This document shows positions 1 to 9,646 of a DNA stretch of 64,000 nucleotides, in pieces. The notes below the pieces were generated by a model, which worked only from the letters and a program-made list of their open reading frames with translations, made no database searches and was not told the DNA's origin. The stretch is taken from positions 928,001 to 992,000 of the forward strand of contig CAVPCT010000003.1 of the NCBI GenBank assembly GCA_963702475.1, written 5' to 3'. Position 1 is the first letter of the stretch. Every line of letters starts with the position of its first letter. This DNA comes from an uncultured Thermoleophilia bacterium (GTDB lineage: Bacteria; Actinomycetota; Thermoleophilia; UBA2241). Both the position numbers and the translations under genes were made by a program.

Positions 1-145
1 GCTCCTGCATGGTCGTTCCTGTGGTCGCTTGGCGGACGCGCGCAATCGTACCGCAGTCGTGCCGCGTCCGCGGCGGAGGTCTCCGCTGCTCCGGGCCCGG
101 GTATGAACAGGATAGAAATTGTCCAATTAAGCCCGGGAGGCCGCC

Positions 146-988
146 ATGTCAGCGCTGAGAGCCGCCGACCTGCAGACACCGCTCGCGAGGCTCCTTCACG
201 CCCCGCGGTACGAAGTGATCCCCGTGAAGGGCATCGAGGACAAGGCCGCGGCGCTCCCGCCGGGGTCCACCGTGACGGTCACGGCCTCGCCAAGCCACGG
301 GTTCGTGCGGACCCTGGAGGTGAGCGAGCGTCTGGCCGCCGCAGGCTACGACGTGGTGCCGCACTTCTCGGCGCGCATGATCTCCGGCAGGGACGAACTG
401 GCCGCTGCCGTGGCCCGCATGCGCGCCGCCGGGATCTCGGAGGCGTTCGTGGTCGGCGGCGACGCGTGGCCGCCGGCCGGGGACTTCTACGACGCCGGCC
501 AGGTCCTGGAGGCTCTCGCCGAGCTGCCCGACCGTTTCGCGCGCCTCGGCGTGGGCGGCTATCCGGAGGGACACCCGTCCATCCCCGACGACAAGCTGCG
601 CGACGCGCTCCTTCGCAAGCAGGAGCACGCGGACTACGTCGCCACGCAGATCTGCTTCGAGGCGGGCGTGCTGGAGAGCTGGATCGAGGAGATGCGTGGC
701 CTCGGGCTCAGCCTGCCGGTGGTCGTCGGCCTGCCGGGCGTGGTCGACAGGAAGAAGCTTGCCGAGATCTCTCTGCAGACCGGGGTCGGCGCCTCGGTGC
801 GGTATCTCATGAAGCACGGGCGCCAGATGGCGCGGCTCATGCGACGCCGCACCTTCGACCCGACCCCTCTTGCCGGCGCCGTCGCCGCGCGGCTCGACCG
901 GCCCGGTCTGGGCATCTCGGGCGTCCACCTCTTCACCTTCAACCAGGTCGAGGCCACGCGGGCGTGGGTGCAGGCTTCCGCGACGTGA
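146..988 (+). CDS. Methylenetetrahydrofolate reductase family protein
   Basis: 280 aa ORF with GGGAGG RBS; MTHFR-like motifs VTVTASP, VVPHFSAR, GVGGYPEGHP, TQICF and HLFTFNQ. Confidence 0.8.
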   Translation: MSALRAADLQTPLARLLHAPRYEVIPVKGIEDKAAALPPGSTVTVTASPSHGFVRTLEVSERLAAAGYDVVPHFSARMISGRDELAAAVARMRAAGISEAFVVGGDAWPPAGDFYDAGQVLEALAELPDRFARLGVGGYPEGHPSIPDDKLRDALLRKQEHADYVATQICFEAGVLESWIEEMRGLGLSLPVVVGLPGVVDRKKLAEISLQTGVGASVRYLMKHGRQMARLMRRRTFDPTPLAGAVAARLDRPGLGISGVHLFTFNQVEATRAWVQASAT

Positions 989-1169
989 CACATCGCACCT
1001 GAGGTCGGGTCGTCTCAGACGTCCCGACGGCCCCGTCGCCATGCGCACTGAGGTGGGGGAGCCGGGGGGCGTGGCGAAGCCGGACGCCGTCTCCCGGTAC
1101 AATGCCGGGTGGTAGCGGGCGGGACGTCACGGGAGGCCGGCGCTGGGCGGCGATGCACATGAGTACGGA

Positions 1170-3194
1170 GTGATGCCTGCGTGGACTCCCGCGCGTCCGC
1201 GCCTGCGGCTGCGGCGGGTGCTGGTGAGCTGGGGTACGGCGGCCCTGGCGGTGTGGGTGGCCGCCATCGTGGTCCCCGGCGTCGCCGTCGAAGTCATGGG
1301 CGGGGCGCTCCTGGCGGCGGCCCTCATCGCGGTGTTCAACGCGCTACTCCCTCCGCTCATCGCCTCGCTGCGCCTGCCGTACACGCTGGCGCTGGGGTTC
1401 GTCCTGGTCCTCCTGCTGGACGCGTGGATCCTGCAGCTGACCGCCGACCTCTCGGACCATACTTTCGCCGTGCAGTCGTTCGGTCGGGCGCTGCTCGCCG
1501 CCATCGTCATCGCGGCCGCCACGGTGGTCCTCGAAGTCCTGTTCGGGACGAACGACGACGATACGTACACGATGCGCGTCACGCAGCGGATCGCGCGGCG
1601 CTCGCGTCAGCGGACGGTCACCGACGTGCCGGGGATCCTGTTCCTGGAGATCGATGGCCTGGCGGCGCCGGTGCTGCGGCGCGCCATGCGCGACGGCCAC
1701 GCCCCGTACCTCGCGCGCTGGGTGGCCGACGGGACGCACCGGCTGACGGAGTGGGAGACCGACCTGTCGTCGCAGACGGGTGCCTCCCAGGCGGCGCTTC
1801 TGCTGGGCTCCAACGACGATATCCCCGCGTTCCGTTGGGTGGAGAAGGAGTCCGGGCGGGTGATGACGTGCTCGGCACCCGCCGACTGCGCCCTCATCGA
1901 AGAGCGGCACTCGAGCGGGCGTGGGCTGCTCGCCGGCGGCGGCTGCAGCCGCGGCAACCTGCTCTCGGGCGACGCCGACGAGGTCATCCTCACCATCAGC
2001 AGGCTCTCCGCGGAGAAGCGCGCCAACCCGGGCTACCGCGCCTTTTTCGCCAACGGCTTCAACGTCACGCGCACCCTGGTGCTCTTTCTGTTCGAGGTGG
2101 CGCTGGAGTGGACCGCGGCCGCGCGCGGCATCCGCCGCGACATCCGCCCGCGCGGCCGCCGCGGCGGCAAGTACCCCTTCTTGCGCGCCGGCCTGGCCGT
2201 CGTCGTCCGGGACCTCGCCGTGTACAGCGTCCTCACCGACATGATGAAGGGCAGGCCGGCGGTGTATGCGTGTTTCGCCGGCTACGACGAGGTCGCGCAC
2301 CACTCGGGCCTCGAGCGCTACGACGCGCTGGAGGTGCTGCGCAAGATCGACCAGCAGATCGGCCGCATCGACCGGGCTCGCGCCTACGCCGCCCGCCCGT
2401 ACGAGATCGTGGTGCTGTCGGACCACGGTCAGACGCAGGGCGCGACCTTCCGGCAACGCAACGGCTACGGGCTGGACGACCTGGTGCGTGCGTCCGTCGC
2501 GGCGGGCGACGTGGGTGGCTCGGCGACGGGCGACGAGAACGCCACCGTGGTCAAGCGCGCCTTGCAGGAGGCGACAGGCGCGCGCTCGCGTCACCCGGGC
2601 GGCGAGCGCGCGGGAGTGCACGACGTGGTCGTCCTCGGCTCGGGCAATCTCGGCCTCGTCTACCTCATGGAGGAGCCTCGGCGCCTCACGCTCGAGGAGA
2701 TCGAGGCGCGCCACCCGCGACTCATCCCGGCGCTGCGCGAGCACCCGCAGGTCGGCTGGCTGCTCGTGCGTTCGGCCGCACGCGGGCCGCTGGTGCTCGG
2801 GGCCCGCGGCGTCAGGTATCTCGCCGACGACCGCGTGGAGGGCGAGGACCCGCTGGCCGGGTTCTCCGCCAACGCCGCCCGGCACCTGCGGCGCAGCGAC
2901 GGGTTCGCGCACGTGGCCGACATCGTCGTGAACAGCTTCTACGACGAACAACTCGATGAGGGGTGCGCCTTCGAGGAGCTGATCTCGTTCCACGGCGGCA
3001 TGGGCGGATCGCAGACGCGCGCCGTGTTGTTGTACCCGGCCAGCCTGCCGCTGCCCGACGGACCCATCGTGGGCGCGGAGGCGGCGCACCGCGTGCTCGC
3101 GGGCTGGCGGGCGCTGCTGCAGGAGGCGCCGGGCGCGCGGCAGGCGCCCGCGGGCGTGGCGGACGCGCCGCACGCGGCCCCGGCGGGTCCGTGA
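1170..3194 (+). CDS. 4-TM holin-like (DUF360-type) membrane domain fused to an alkaline-phosphatase-superfamily phosphodiesterase domain
   Basis: Four hydrophobic N-terminal segments, then LEIDGL, SSQT, YDEVAHH, SDHGQ and HGGMGG metal-binding motifs. Confidence 0.75.
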   Translation: MMPAWTPARPRLRLRRVLVSWGTAALAVWVAAIVVPGVAVEVMGGALLAAALIAVFNALLPPLIASLRLPYTLALGFVLVLLLDAWILQLTADLSDHTFAVQSFGRALLAAIVIAAATVVLEVLFGTNDDDTYTMRVTQRIARRSRQRTVTDVPGILFLEIDGLAAPVLRRAMRDGHAPYLARWVADGTHRLTEWETDLSSQTGASQAALLLGSNDDIPAFRWVEKESGRVMTCSAPADCALIEERHSSGRGLLAGGGCSRGNLLSGDADEVILTISRLSAEKRANPGYRAFFANGFNVTRTLVLFLFEVALEWTAAARGIRRDIRPRGRRGGKYPFLRAGLAVVVRDLAVYSVLTDMMKGRPAVYACFAGYDEVAHHSGLERYDALEVLRKIDQQIGRIDRARAYAARPYEIVVLSDHGQTQGATFRQRNGYGLDDLVRASVAAGDVGGSATGDENATVVKRALQEATGARSRHPGGERAGVHDVVVLGSGNLGLVYLMEEPRRLTLEEIEARHPRLIPALREHPQVGWLLVRSAARGPLVLGARGVRYLADDRVEGEDPLAGFSANAARHLRRSDGFAHVADIVVNSFYDEQLDEGCAFEELISFHGGMGGSQTRAVLLYPASLPLPDGPIVGAEAAHRVLAGWRALLQEAPGARQAPAGVADAPHAAPAGP

Positions 3195-4561
3195 GCGGCG
3201 CGCAGGCGCGTCCGGCAGCCGCGGCCGCGGTCGAGCCGCGCCTTCTCGACGACGAGGCGCGCCGCGCCGCTCTGGCGGCGGCCGGCTCGCGACTCCTTCT
3301 CCTCCTGGTGGCGCTCCTGACCACGTACACCGTGGGCGTGCGCGAGCGGGCCCTCTATCTGAGGGACCCGGCGCACGCCGAGGCGCTGCAGGGCTTCGTC
3401 GGGCGGCTGTTCGCCCCGTGGGCGCACTGGGACGGAGTGTGGTTCGTGCGCATCGCGGCCGACGGGTACGCGGGGTACCCGCACAGCGAGGCGTTCTTCC
3501 CCCTGTACCCGCTGCTGCTGCGCGGGCTCGCGGCCGGCGTGGGTGACTACGTCGTCGCCGGTCTCGTCATCTCGCTGGCCTGCTACTCCGGCGCCATGGT
3601 GGTCCTGTTCAGGCTCGCCCGTGCCGAGCTCGGACCGCACGTCGCGCTGTGGAGCGTGGTGCTCGTCTCGGTGTTCCCGACGGCGCTCTTCTTCCAGGCG
3701 GTGTACAGCGAGGCGCTGTTCCTGCTGCTAGCGCTGCTCGCCTTCTGGTGGGCGCGCCGCGGCCGCTGGGCGCTCGCCGGCCTGGCCGGCATGCTGGCCG
3801 TGCTCACGCGCAGCGTCGGTCTGCTCTTGCTGGTGCCGCTGGTCGTGTTCTGGTGGGAGCAGTGGCGCGGCGCGCCGCTGTGCCTGCCGGGCGGACCCGT
3901 GCTGCCGGCGGCGGCGGGGGACGACGGCGGTCCCGGACGGCCGGCCGAGGCCGCGCCGTCGTCCGGCGCGGGCGCGCTCTCGCAGCACCGCCTCCGTCGT
4001 CCCTCGCGCCTCTCCTGGCTGTGGATCCTCCTGGTACCGGCCGGCCTGGCGCTCTACATGGCGTACCTGTGGCTGGCGTTTCGGCAGGCCATGCTGTTCA
4101 GCACCGTGCAGGCCGCCTGGGGCCGCGAGCTGTCGCTGCCCACCACCGCGGTGTGGCGGGGCGCCGTGACGACGGCGCGCGCTGTCGCCTGGCTCGTCGT
4201 GCACGGCCCCGCCGCCGTGCTCGGCACGCACACGGCATCCGGTGGCCTGGAGAGCGACGTCATCGCCAACGTGCTCGAGTTCACGGGGTTCGCGGCAGCG
4301 GCGGCGATGCTCGCAGCCTGCTGGCGCAAGCTGCCGGCGGCCTGGACGCTGTACGCGCTGGCCGCCCTGGTCTTCCCGCTGCTGTACTCCAGCGAGGCGC
4401 GGCCCTTGTACAGCCTGCCGCGCTTCGTGGTCGTGGTGTTCCCGCTGTTCGTGGGCGCGGCCGCGGTGCTGGCGCCGCGCCCGCTCTGGCGCTGGCTCGT
4501 CACGGCCGTCTTCGTGACGCTGCTCGCCTTTTCGACCGCGCTCTTCGCGAGCTTCATCTGA
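3191..4561 (+). CDS. PIG-V-like (GT-C) mannosyltransferase family membrane protein
   Basis: GTG at 3191 overlaps the upstream stop; motifs WAHWDGVWF, AFFPLYP, YSEALF and SLPRF; polytopic. Confidence 0.8.
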   Translation: MSGAQARPAAAAAVEPRLLDDEARRAALAAAGSRLLLLLVALLTTYTVGVRERALYLRDPAHAEALQGFVGRLFAPWAHWDGVWFVRIAADGYAGYPHSEAFFPLYPLLLRGLAAGVGDYVVAGLVISLACYSGAMVVLFRLARAELGPHVALWSVVLVSVFPTALFFQAVYSEALFLLLALLAFWWARRGRWALAGLAGMLAVLTRSVGLLLLVPLVVFWWEQWRGAPLCLPGGPVLPAAAGDDGGPGRPAEAAPSSGAGALSQHRLRRPSRLSWLWILLVPAGLALYMAYLWLAFRQAMLFSTVQAAWGRELSLPTTAVWRGAVTTARAVAWLVVHGPAAVLGTHTASGGLESDVIANVLEFTGFAAAAAMLAACWRKLPAAWTLYALAALVFPLLYSSEARPLYSLPRFVVVVFPLFVGAAAVLAPRPLWRWLVTAVFVTLLAFSTALFASFI

Positions 4562-4600
4562 CGGGCGTGGCGCACCGGCAGCGCCCGCCCGCCCCTGCCG

Positions 4601-4900
4601 CTAGGAATCGTCGCCCGCCGTCTCGCCGGGTCCCGGGCGGTGCCGTGCGCCGAGCTCCTCGGCGAGGACCTGCTCGAACCCCGCCGGATCGCGCTCCGGC
4701 GGGTCCGTGAGGTCCTGGGACTCGGTGACGGGGCTTCCATCCGCCTCCACGGCGACCACGCGGTCGCGCCGTGCGGCCTCGCCCTCGGCCACACGCGGTA
4801 CCGCATCCTGCGCCCGCCGCTGCAGGCGGAAGACGAGCAGCCCGAGCCCGATGACCACGGCCAGCACGAGCACGGTGACGATCACGGTGGTCCCGGCCAT
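4601..4900 (-). CDS. Small single-TM hypothetical protein
   Basis: ATG at 4900 preceded by GGAGGAGG; N-terminal hydrophobic helix followed by an acidic tail. Confidence 0.65.
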   Translation of the reverse strand: MAGTTVIVTVLVLAVVIGLGLLVFRLQRRAQDAVPRVAEGEAARRDRVVAVEADGSPVTESQDLTDPPERDPAGFEQVLAEELGARHRPGPGETAGDDS

Positions 4901-4958
4901 CCCCACCCCTCCTCCCGGACGACTGCCTGTGAGCGATCGGTCATAGACACTCGTCCCA

Positions 4959-4987
4959 TTGGTCGCCGACGCTGTGAGGACTATCGT
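4959..4987 (+). promoter_or_regulatory. Putative sigma70-type promoter
   Basis: TTGGTC (4959-4964), 17-nt spacer, TATCGT (4982-4987), directly before a hairpin-plus-terminator unit. Confidence 0.4.
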
Positions 4988-4992
4988 ACCTC

Positions 4993-5098
4993 CCGGGGCC
5001 GACCTCCCCTCTTTGCATTGACTCGCCAGGCTTTGCATGCCCGGTCGGCCCTGGACTCAGGGGCGGCCCGTTCCGCGGGCCGCCTCCCTTCTTTCTTC
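4993..5098 (+). ncRNA. Candidate small RNA or attenuator (unassigned family)
   Basis: 12-bp stem 4993-5004/5043-5054 closes a loop with two CTTTGCAT copies; then an 11-bp GC hairpin (5060-5086) and a C/T tail. Confidence 0.45.
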
Positions 5099-5268
5099 AT
5101 CTTTCCCTCGCACCCGCTCTGCGCAGGAAGCGTCCCCGTGGCGGCGAAGTCCCTCGCGGGTCGCCCGGAGGGGCAGGCGTTCGCGACGCCGCCCGCCCGG
5201 GCCATGACCGCTGTCCGCGAAGGCTGCGGGCGCCGCTTCCGGCCGCCCGCGACGAGGAGGTGTGACGG

Positions 5269-5460
5269 CTGGACGTCAGGATCGACAGAGACGCGTGCAC
5301 CGGCTGCGGTGCGTGCGAGGAGACCTGCCCCGACGTGTTCGAGGTGGGCGACGACGACATCTCGGTGGTCATCGCCACCGACACGGCGGGTCACGAAGAC
5401 TGCATCCTCAGCGCGGCAGAGGAGTGCCCGGCCGACGCCATCAGCGTCGATGAGGGCTGA
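5269..5460 (+). CDS. Single-cluster ferredoxin (63 aa) with apparent CTG start; absent from the ORF track
   Basis: Translates (M)DVRIDRDACTGCGACEETCPDVF...AAEECPADAISVDEG*, i.e. CxxCxxC...CP; GAGGAGGTG RBS 6 nt upstream; in-frame TGA at 5263. Confidence 0.9.
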   Translation: MDVRIDRDACTGCGACEETCPDVFEVGDDDISVVIATDTAGHEDCILSAAEECPADAISVDEG

Positions 5461-5541
5461 GGGCGGCGGGTTGAGAAGCACAGCACCCGCCCCCATACTC
5501 AGGGCTCGGCTTCGAACGACCGGCAAGGGAGTCTCCGTCTG

Positions 5542-6249
5542 ATGATCGTGTTCGAAGACGTCACGAAGATCTACGACCCCGACGTGGTCGGCCTCCAGGA
5601 CTTCACCTGTCACATCGGCAAGGGCGAGTTCGTGTTCCTCGTGGGGGCGTCCGGCTCGGGCAAATCCACGCTCATCAAGCTGGTCCTCAAGGAGCTCCGT
5701 CCCGACACCGGGCGCATCCTCGTGGCCGGCCGCAACCTGGGTACGCTTCGCGGGAGCAAGGTGCCGCTGCTGCGGCGCAACATCGGCTGCGTCTTCCAGG
5801 ACTTCAAGCTGCTGCCCAACAAGACGGTGCACGACAACGTCGCCTACGCCCTCGAGGTCGTCGGCGAGCCCAAGCGTTCCATCCGTCGCAAGGTGCCCGA
5901 GATCCTCAGTCTCGTCGGCCTCAGCGACAAGGTCGACAGCTACCCGCACGAGATCTCCGGCGGCGAGCAGCAGCGCGTCTCCGTGGCCCGCGCGTTCGTC
6001 AACCATCCGCCGCTCCTCCTGGCCGACGAGCCCACCGGCAACATCGACCCCGAGACGGCCGTCGGCATCATGCAGTTGCTCGTGCGCATCAACCGCACCG
6101 GCACCACCGTCGTCGTCGCCACGCACGACCGCGACATGGTGAACCGCATGCGCCGCCGCGTGTTGCAGCTGGACGGCGGCCGGCTGGTGCGCGACGAGCG
6201 CCGCGGCAGCTACGACCAGGTGCCTGAGGCCGAAGAGGCGAGTGTCTGA
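5542..6249 (+). CDS. ftsE: Cell division ATP-binding protein FtsE
   Basis: Walker A GASGSGKST, VFQDFKLL, ISGGEQQRV, ADEPTGN; adjacent to ftsX. Confidence 0.95.
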   Translation: MIVFEDVTKIYDPDVVGLQDFTCHIGKGEFVFLVGASGSGKSTLIKLVLKELRPDTGRILVAGRNLGTLRGSKVPLLRRNIGCVFQDFKLLPNKTVHDNVAYALEVVGEPKRSIRRKVPEILSLVGLSDKVDSYPHEISGGEQQRVSVARAFVNHPPLLLADEPTGNIDPETAVGIMQLLVRINRTGTTVVVATHDRDMVNRMRRRVLQLDGGRLVRDERRGSYDQVPEAEEASV

Positions 6250-7160
6250 TGCGCCTGGGCTTCTTCCTCGGCGAGGCGTTCGGGTCCATGCGCCGCAACT
6301 GGGTCATGGCCATGGCGGCCGTGATCACCGTGTTCATCAGCACGGCCATCCTCGGCGCCGTCCTCGTCACCCGCGACAACCTCAACCAGGGCGCCACCAG
6401 CCTCAAGAACCGGGTCATGATCGAGGTCTTCATCAAGGATTCAGCCACGCCGCAGCAGACGCAGGCGCTGGAGCGCAAGATCCAGGGCATCCCCCAGATC
6501 AGGAGTTACAAGTACATCTCCAAGGACGAGGCCTTGCGCCGCTTCCGCGAGCGGTTCGGCGAACGCATCGTCGCCAATCTGCCCATCAACCCTCTGCCGG
6601 CTTCGTACGAGATCCAGGTCAAGGACGCCGACCAGGTCGACGCCGTTGCCGCCAAGTTCTTCGACGACCCCACGGTGGACAACGACCCCGGTACGCACAA
6701 CGGGGTGAAGTACGCCAAGGAGACGGTGCGCAAGATGCTGGGCACCATCAGCCTCATCGAGAAGGGCATGTGGGTCACCACCATCATCTTCGCGGCGGCG
6801 GCGGTCCTGCTCATCAGCACCACGGTGCGGCTCTCCATCTTCGCGCGACGCCGGGAGGTGGAGATCATGCGCCTCGTGGGCGCCACCAACTGGTTCATCC
6901 GCTGGCCGTTCGTGCTCGAGGGCTTCATCACCGGCCTCATCGGGGCTTGCCTGGCGGCGGTGTTCGTGTGGGTGGGCAACTGGGGCATCGCGAGCTGGAT
7001 CAAGGGCTCGCAGATCAACTTCCTGAACCTGCGCGTGCTCTCGGTGTGGTGGCAGGGCGGCACCTGGCCTCTGGGTCTGCTGCCCACGCTCGCTGTCATC
7101 GGCGCCGTGCTCGGCGCCCTGGGCAGCCTCGTGGCCCTGCGCCGCTACCTCAAGACGTGA
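6249..7160 (+). CDS. ftsX: Cell division permease FtsX
   Basis: NPLPAS motif and RRREVEIMRLVGATNWFIRWPFVLEG signature. Confidence 0.95.
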   Translation: MRLGFFLGEAFGSMRRNWVMAMAAVITVFISTAILGAVLVTRDNLNQGATSLKNRVMIEVFIKDSATPQQTQALERKIQGIPQIRSYKYISKDEALRRFRERFGERIVANLPINPLPASYEIQVKDADQVDAVAAKFFDDPTVDNDPGTHNGVKYAKETVRKMLGTISLIEKGMWVTTIIFAAAAVLLISTTVRLSIFARRREVEIMRLVGATNWFIRWPFVLEGFITGLIGACLAAVFVWVGNWGIASWIKGSQINFLNLRVLSVWWQGGTWPLGLLPTLAVIGAVLGALGSLVALRRYLKT

Positions 7161-7214
7161 GCCGGGGCGGGGCCGCCGCAGGGCCGCCCCGCCGCCCCGA
7201 AGGCAGGTGACTGC

Positions 7215-8387
7215 TTGATCCTCATGCGCAGACTGATCATCGTGGCGGCTCTCGCGGCTCTCGCTCTGGGGCTCCTTCCGGCGTTCGCCGGTGCGGCACC
7301 CACCGAACTGGAGAAGACGCGCGACAAGATCAAGACGGCCAAGAAGCAGAAGGCGACCCTCAAGGACCAGATCGCCTCGCTGGACGGCCGCCTCACCGCG
7401 ATCGACGATGAGCTGGCCCGGATCGGCGATGAGATCGGTGCCGTGCGCCAGAAGCTCACCGTCACGCAGGAGAAGCTCGATCTGCTGCAGCAGCAGCTCA
7501 CCTTGAAGCGGCAGGAGCTTCGCCGCGCGCAACAGAAGCTCGTCACGGAGCGCGACAACTTCGAGCAGCGCGTGGTGATCGCGTACAAGACCGACGATCT
7601 CAGCTACGTCGACGTCGTCCTGGCGTCCAGCAGCTTCGAGGACCTGCTCAGCCGTGTGAGTGTGGTGCGCAGGCTCATCAGCGGCAACGACGCGCTGGTC
7701 GGTGGCCTCGAGTCCACGCGCGACCAGGTCGCGCGCGAGAAGCGCGCCGTGGCCGAGAAGGAGCACGGCGTGCGCAAGGCCGTGAACGACCTCGAGGCGC
7801 AGAGCGAGCAGCTGGCCGCCCTGCAGGCCGCCCAGGCGGCCCAGAAGGCGGCCTCCCTCGCGCTTCGCAAGCAGAAGAACGGCCAGCTCGCCAAGGTCAC
7901 GAGCAACCTGGCCCTGCTCGAGCAGCAGGAGAACCAGCTGCTCGCCGAGAGCCAGTCGCTCACCGGTGTGATCGCCGGCGCCCAGGGCGCCGGCGGCGGC
8001 ACCGGCCAGCTCATCTGGCCCTGCGGCGGCACGGTGGTCTCTCCTTTCGGCTACCGCATCCATCCCATCCTTCACTATCGCAGGATGCACACCGGCATCG
8101 ACATCGCGGTCGGCTACGGCACGCCCCTCCGCGCCGCCGACGGCGGTACTGTCATCTACGCCACGTGGATGGGCGGGTACGGCAACGTGATCATCATCGA
8201 CCACGGGGGCGGCATCTCCACGCTGTACGCGCACCAGTCCTCGCTCGCCGTCGGGAGCGGCACCCGGGTCGCGCGTGGCCAGCTCGTGGGCTACGTCGGG
8301 TCCACCGGCCTCTCCACCGGCCCGCACCTGCACTTCGAGGTGCGCGTCAACGGCAATCCGGTGGACCCGATGGGGTACCTGCCCTGA
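7215..8387 (+). CDS. Coiled-coil M23 peptidase / murein hydrolase (EnvC-like)
   Basis: Signal peptide, long coiled coil, C-terminal HTGID and HLHFEVR motifs; follows ftsEX. Alternative ATG at 7224. Confidence 0.9.
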   Translation: MILMRRLIIVAALAALALGLLPAFAGAAPTELEKTRDKIKTAKKQKATLKDQIASLDGRLTAIDDELARIGDEIGAVRQKLTVTQEKLDLLQQQLTLKRQELRRAQQKLVTERDNFEQRVVIAYKTDDLSYVDVVLASSSFEDLLSRVSVVRRLISGNDALVGGLESTRDQVAREKRAVAEKEHGVRKAVNDLEAQSEQLAALQAAQAAQKAASLALRKQKNGQLAKVTSNLALLEQQENQLLAESQSLTGVIAGAQGAGGGTGQLIWPCGGTVVSPFGYRIHPILHYRRMHTGIDIAVGYGTPLRAADGGTVIYATWMGGYGNVIIIDHGGGISTLYAHQSSLAVGSGTRVARGQLVGYVGSTGLSTGPHLHFEVRVNGNPVDPMGYLP

Positions 8388-8461
8388 GCGGACCCGCCCC
8401 TCGCGCCCGCCTCGGTCCTCGCCCGTTTGCCGCCCGCCCCGTCACCCCCTACCATGCCTAG

Positions 8462-9640
8462 GTGATGCGCGGCCTTCGTACCCTCATCGTCGTCCTCTTC
8501 GTCGCCCTCGGGTTCCTCGGCGGCTACTTCATCGGGTGGTACCTGCACGGCGAGAACACCGTGCGGCTCAGCGCGGGTCAGACGAACGCCGCTGAGAAAG
8601 CCGGCCAGCTGCAGCAGCGCATTATCGAGGAGCTGCAGGGGCGCTACTACAAACCGGTGGACGTGGACAAGCTGAGCGCGGCCGGGGTTGACGGGACGCT
8701 CAAGTCGCTGAACGACCCGTACACGGTGTACTGGTCGCCTGAGGAGGCAAAGGCGACCCGGGAGAGGCTGAGTGGCGAGTACTCCGGTATCGGCGCCGCC
8801 CTGGAGAAGGGCAAGGACGGCCTCGTCATCACTACGGTGTTCGAGGACTCCCCGGCGAAGCAGGCTGGTCTCGAGCCCGGCGACATCATCGTGACGGTCG
8901 ACGGCAAACCCACCAAGGATGTGGCCATCGACACGAGCATTGCCCGCATCAAGGGCGAGGAGGGGTCGCACGTGATGCTCGGCATCAGGCCCAAGGAGGG
9001 CGGCGCCATCCGCGCGCTCGACATCGTACGCCGTCGCATCGAGATCCCGCAGACGCGCTCGAGGATGGAGCGCTCCAACGGCCAGAAGGTCGGCTACGTC
9101 CAGCTGTGGGAATTCGGCGACAACGCCGCCCGCGACGTGCGGGAAGACGTGGACGATCTCCAGCAGCGGGGCGCGCAGTCCTTCATCCTCGACCTCCGCT
9201 ACAACACGGGCGGCTACCTCGTTCCGGCGGTGGACGTCACGGGCATCTTCCAGACCGGGGTCGTCGTCACCACGGAGGGCCTGCACTCCCCCAGAGAAGT
9301 GCTGTCGACGGACGGTCCCGTCGCCACGCAGAAGAAGATGGTCGTCCTCGTGAACGGCTACTCCGCCAGCTCCTCGGAGATCGTCACAGGCGCCCTCAAG
9401 GACCACGGCCGCGCCGAGATCATCGGCACGCGCACCTTCGGCAAAGGCCTCGTGCAGACCATCGTGCCGCTTGGGGACGGTTCGGTCCTCAAGCTCACCA
9501 CCGCCGTGTACCTCACACCCAACGGCACCGACATCAACAAGAAGGGCATCGCGCCCGACATCGTGGTGAAGGACGACGCCAAGACCAGGAAGGACGAGCA
9601 GCTCCAGGCCGCGCTCACCTACCTCACCGGGAAGAAGTGA
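8462..9640 (+). CDS. S41 carboxyl-terminal processing protease (CtpA-like, PDZ)
   Basis: GIGA PDZ start, DLRYNTGG, SASSSEI (catalytic Ser), TFGKG (catalytic Lys). Confidence 0.92.
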   Translation: MMRGLRTLIVVLFVALGFLGGYFIGWYLHGENTVRLSAGQTNAAEKAGQLQQRIIEELQGRYYKPVDVDKLSAAGVDGTLKSLNDPYTVYWSPEEAKATRERLSGEYSGIGAALEKGKDGLVITTVFEDSPAKQAGLEPGDIIVTVDGKPTKDVAIDTSIARIKGEEGSHVMLGIRPKEGGAIRALDIVRRRIEIPQTRSRMERSNGQKVGYVQLWEFGDNAARDVREDVDDLQQRGAQSFILDLRYNTGGYLVPAVDVTGIFQTGVVVTTEGLHSPREVLSTDGPVATQKKMVVLVNGYSASSSEIVTGALKDHGRAEIIGTRTFGKGLVQTIVPLGDGSVLKLTTAVYLTPNGTDINKKGIAPDIVVKDDAKTRKDEQLQAALTYLTGKK

Positions 9641-9646
9641 CGGCGC

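Noticed and set aside
1-10. Possible start of a minus-strand gene (ATG at 10, AGGAA upstream)
   Set aside because: Only three codons lie inside the window, too little to call.
1170-1560. Holin as evidence of a prophage
   Set aside because: The domain is fused to a phosphodiesterase, and no phage genes are nearby.
5260-5268. GTG-TGA as a selenocysteine/readthrough start for the ferredoxin
   Set aside because: The GTG lies inside the SD sequence and the TGA is not at a Cys-equivalent position; a CTG start or base error is simpler.
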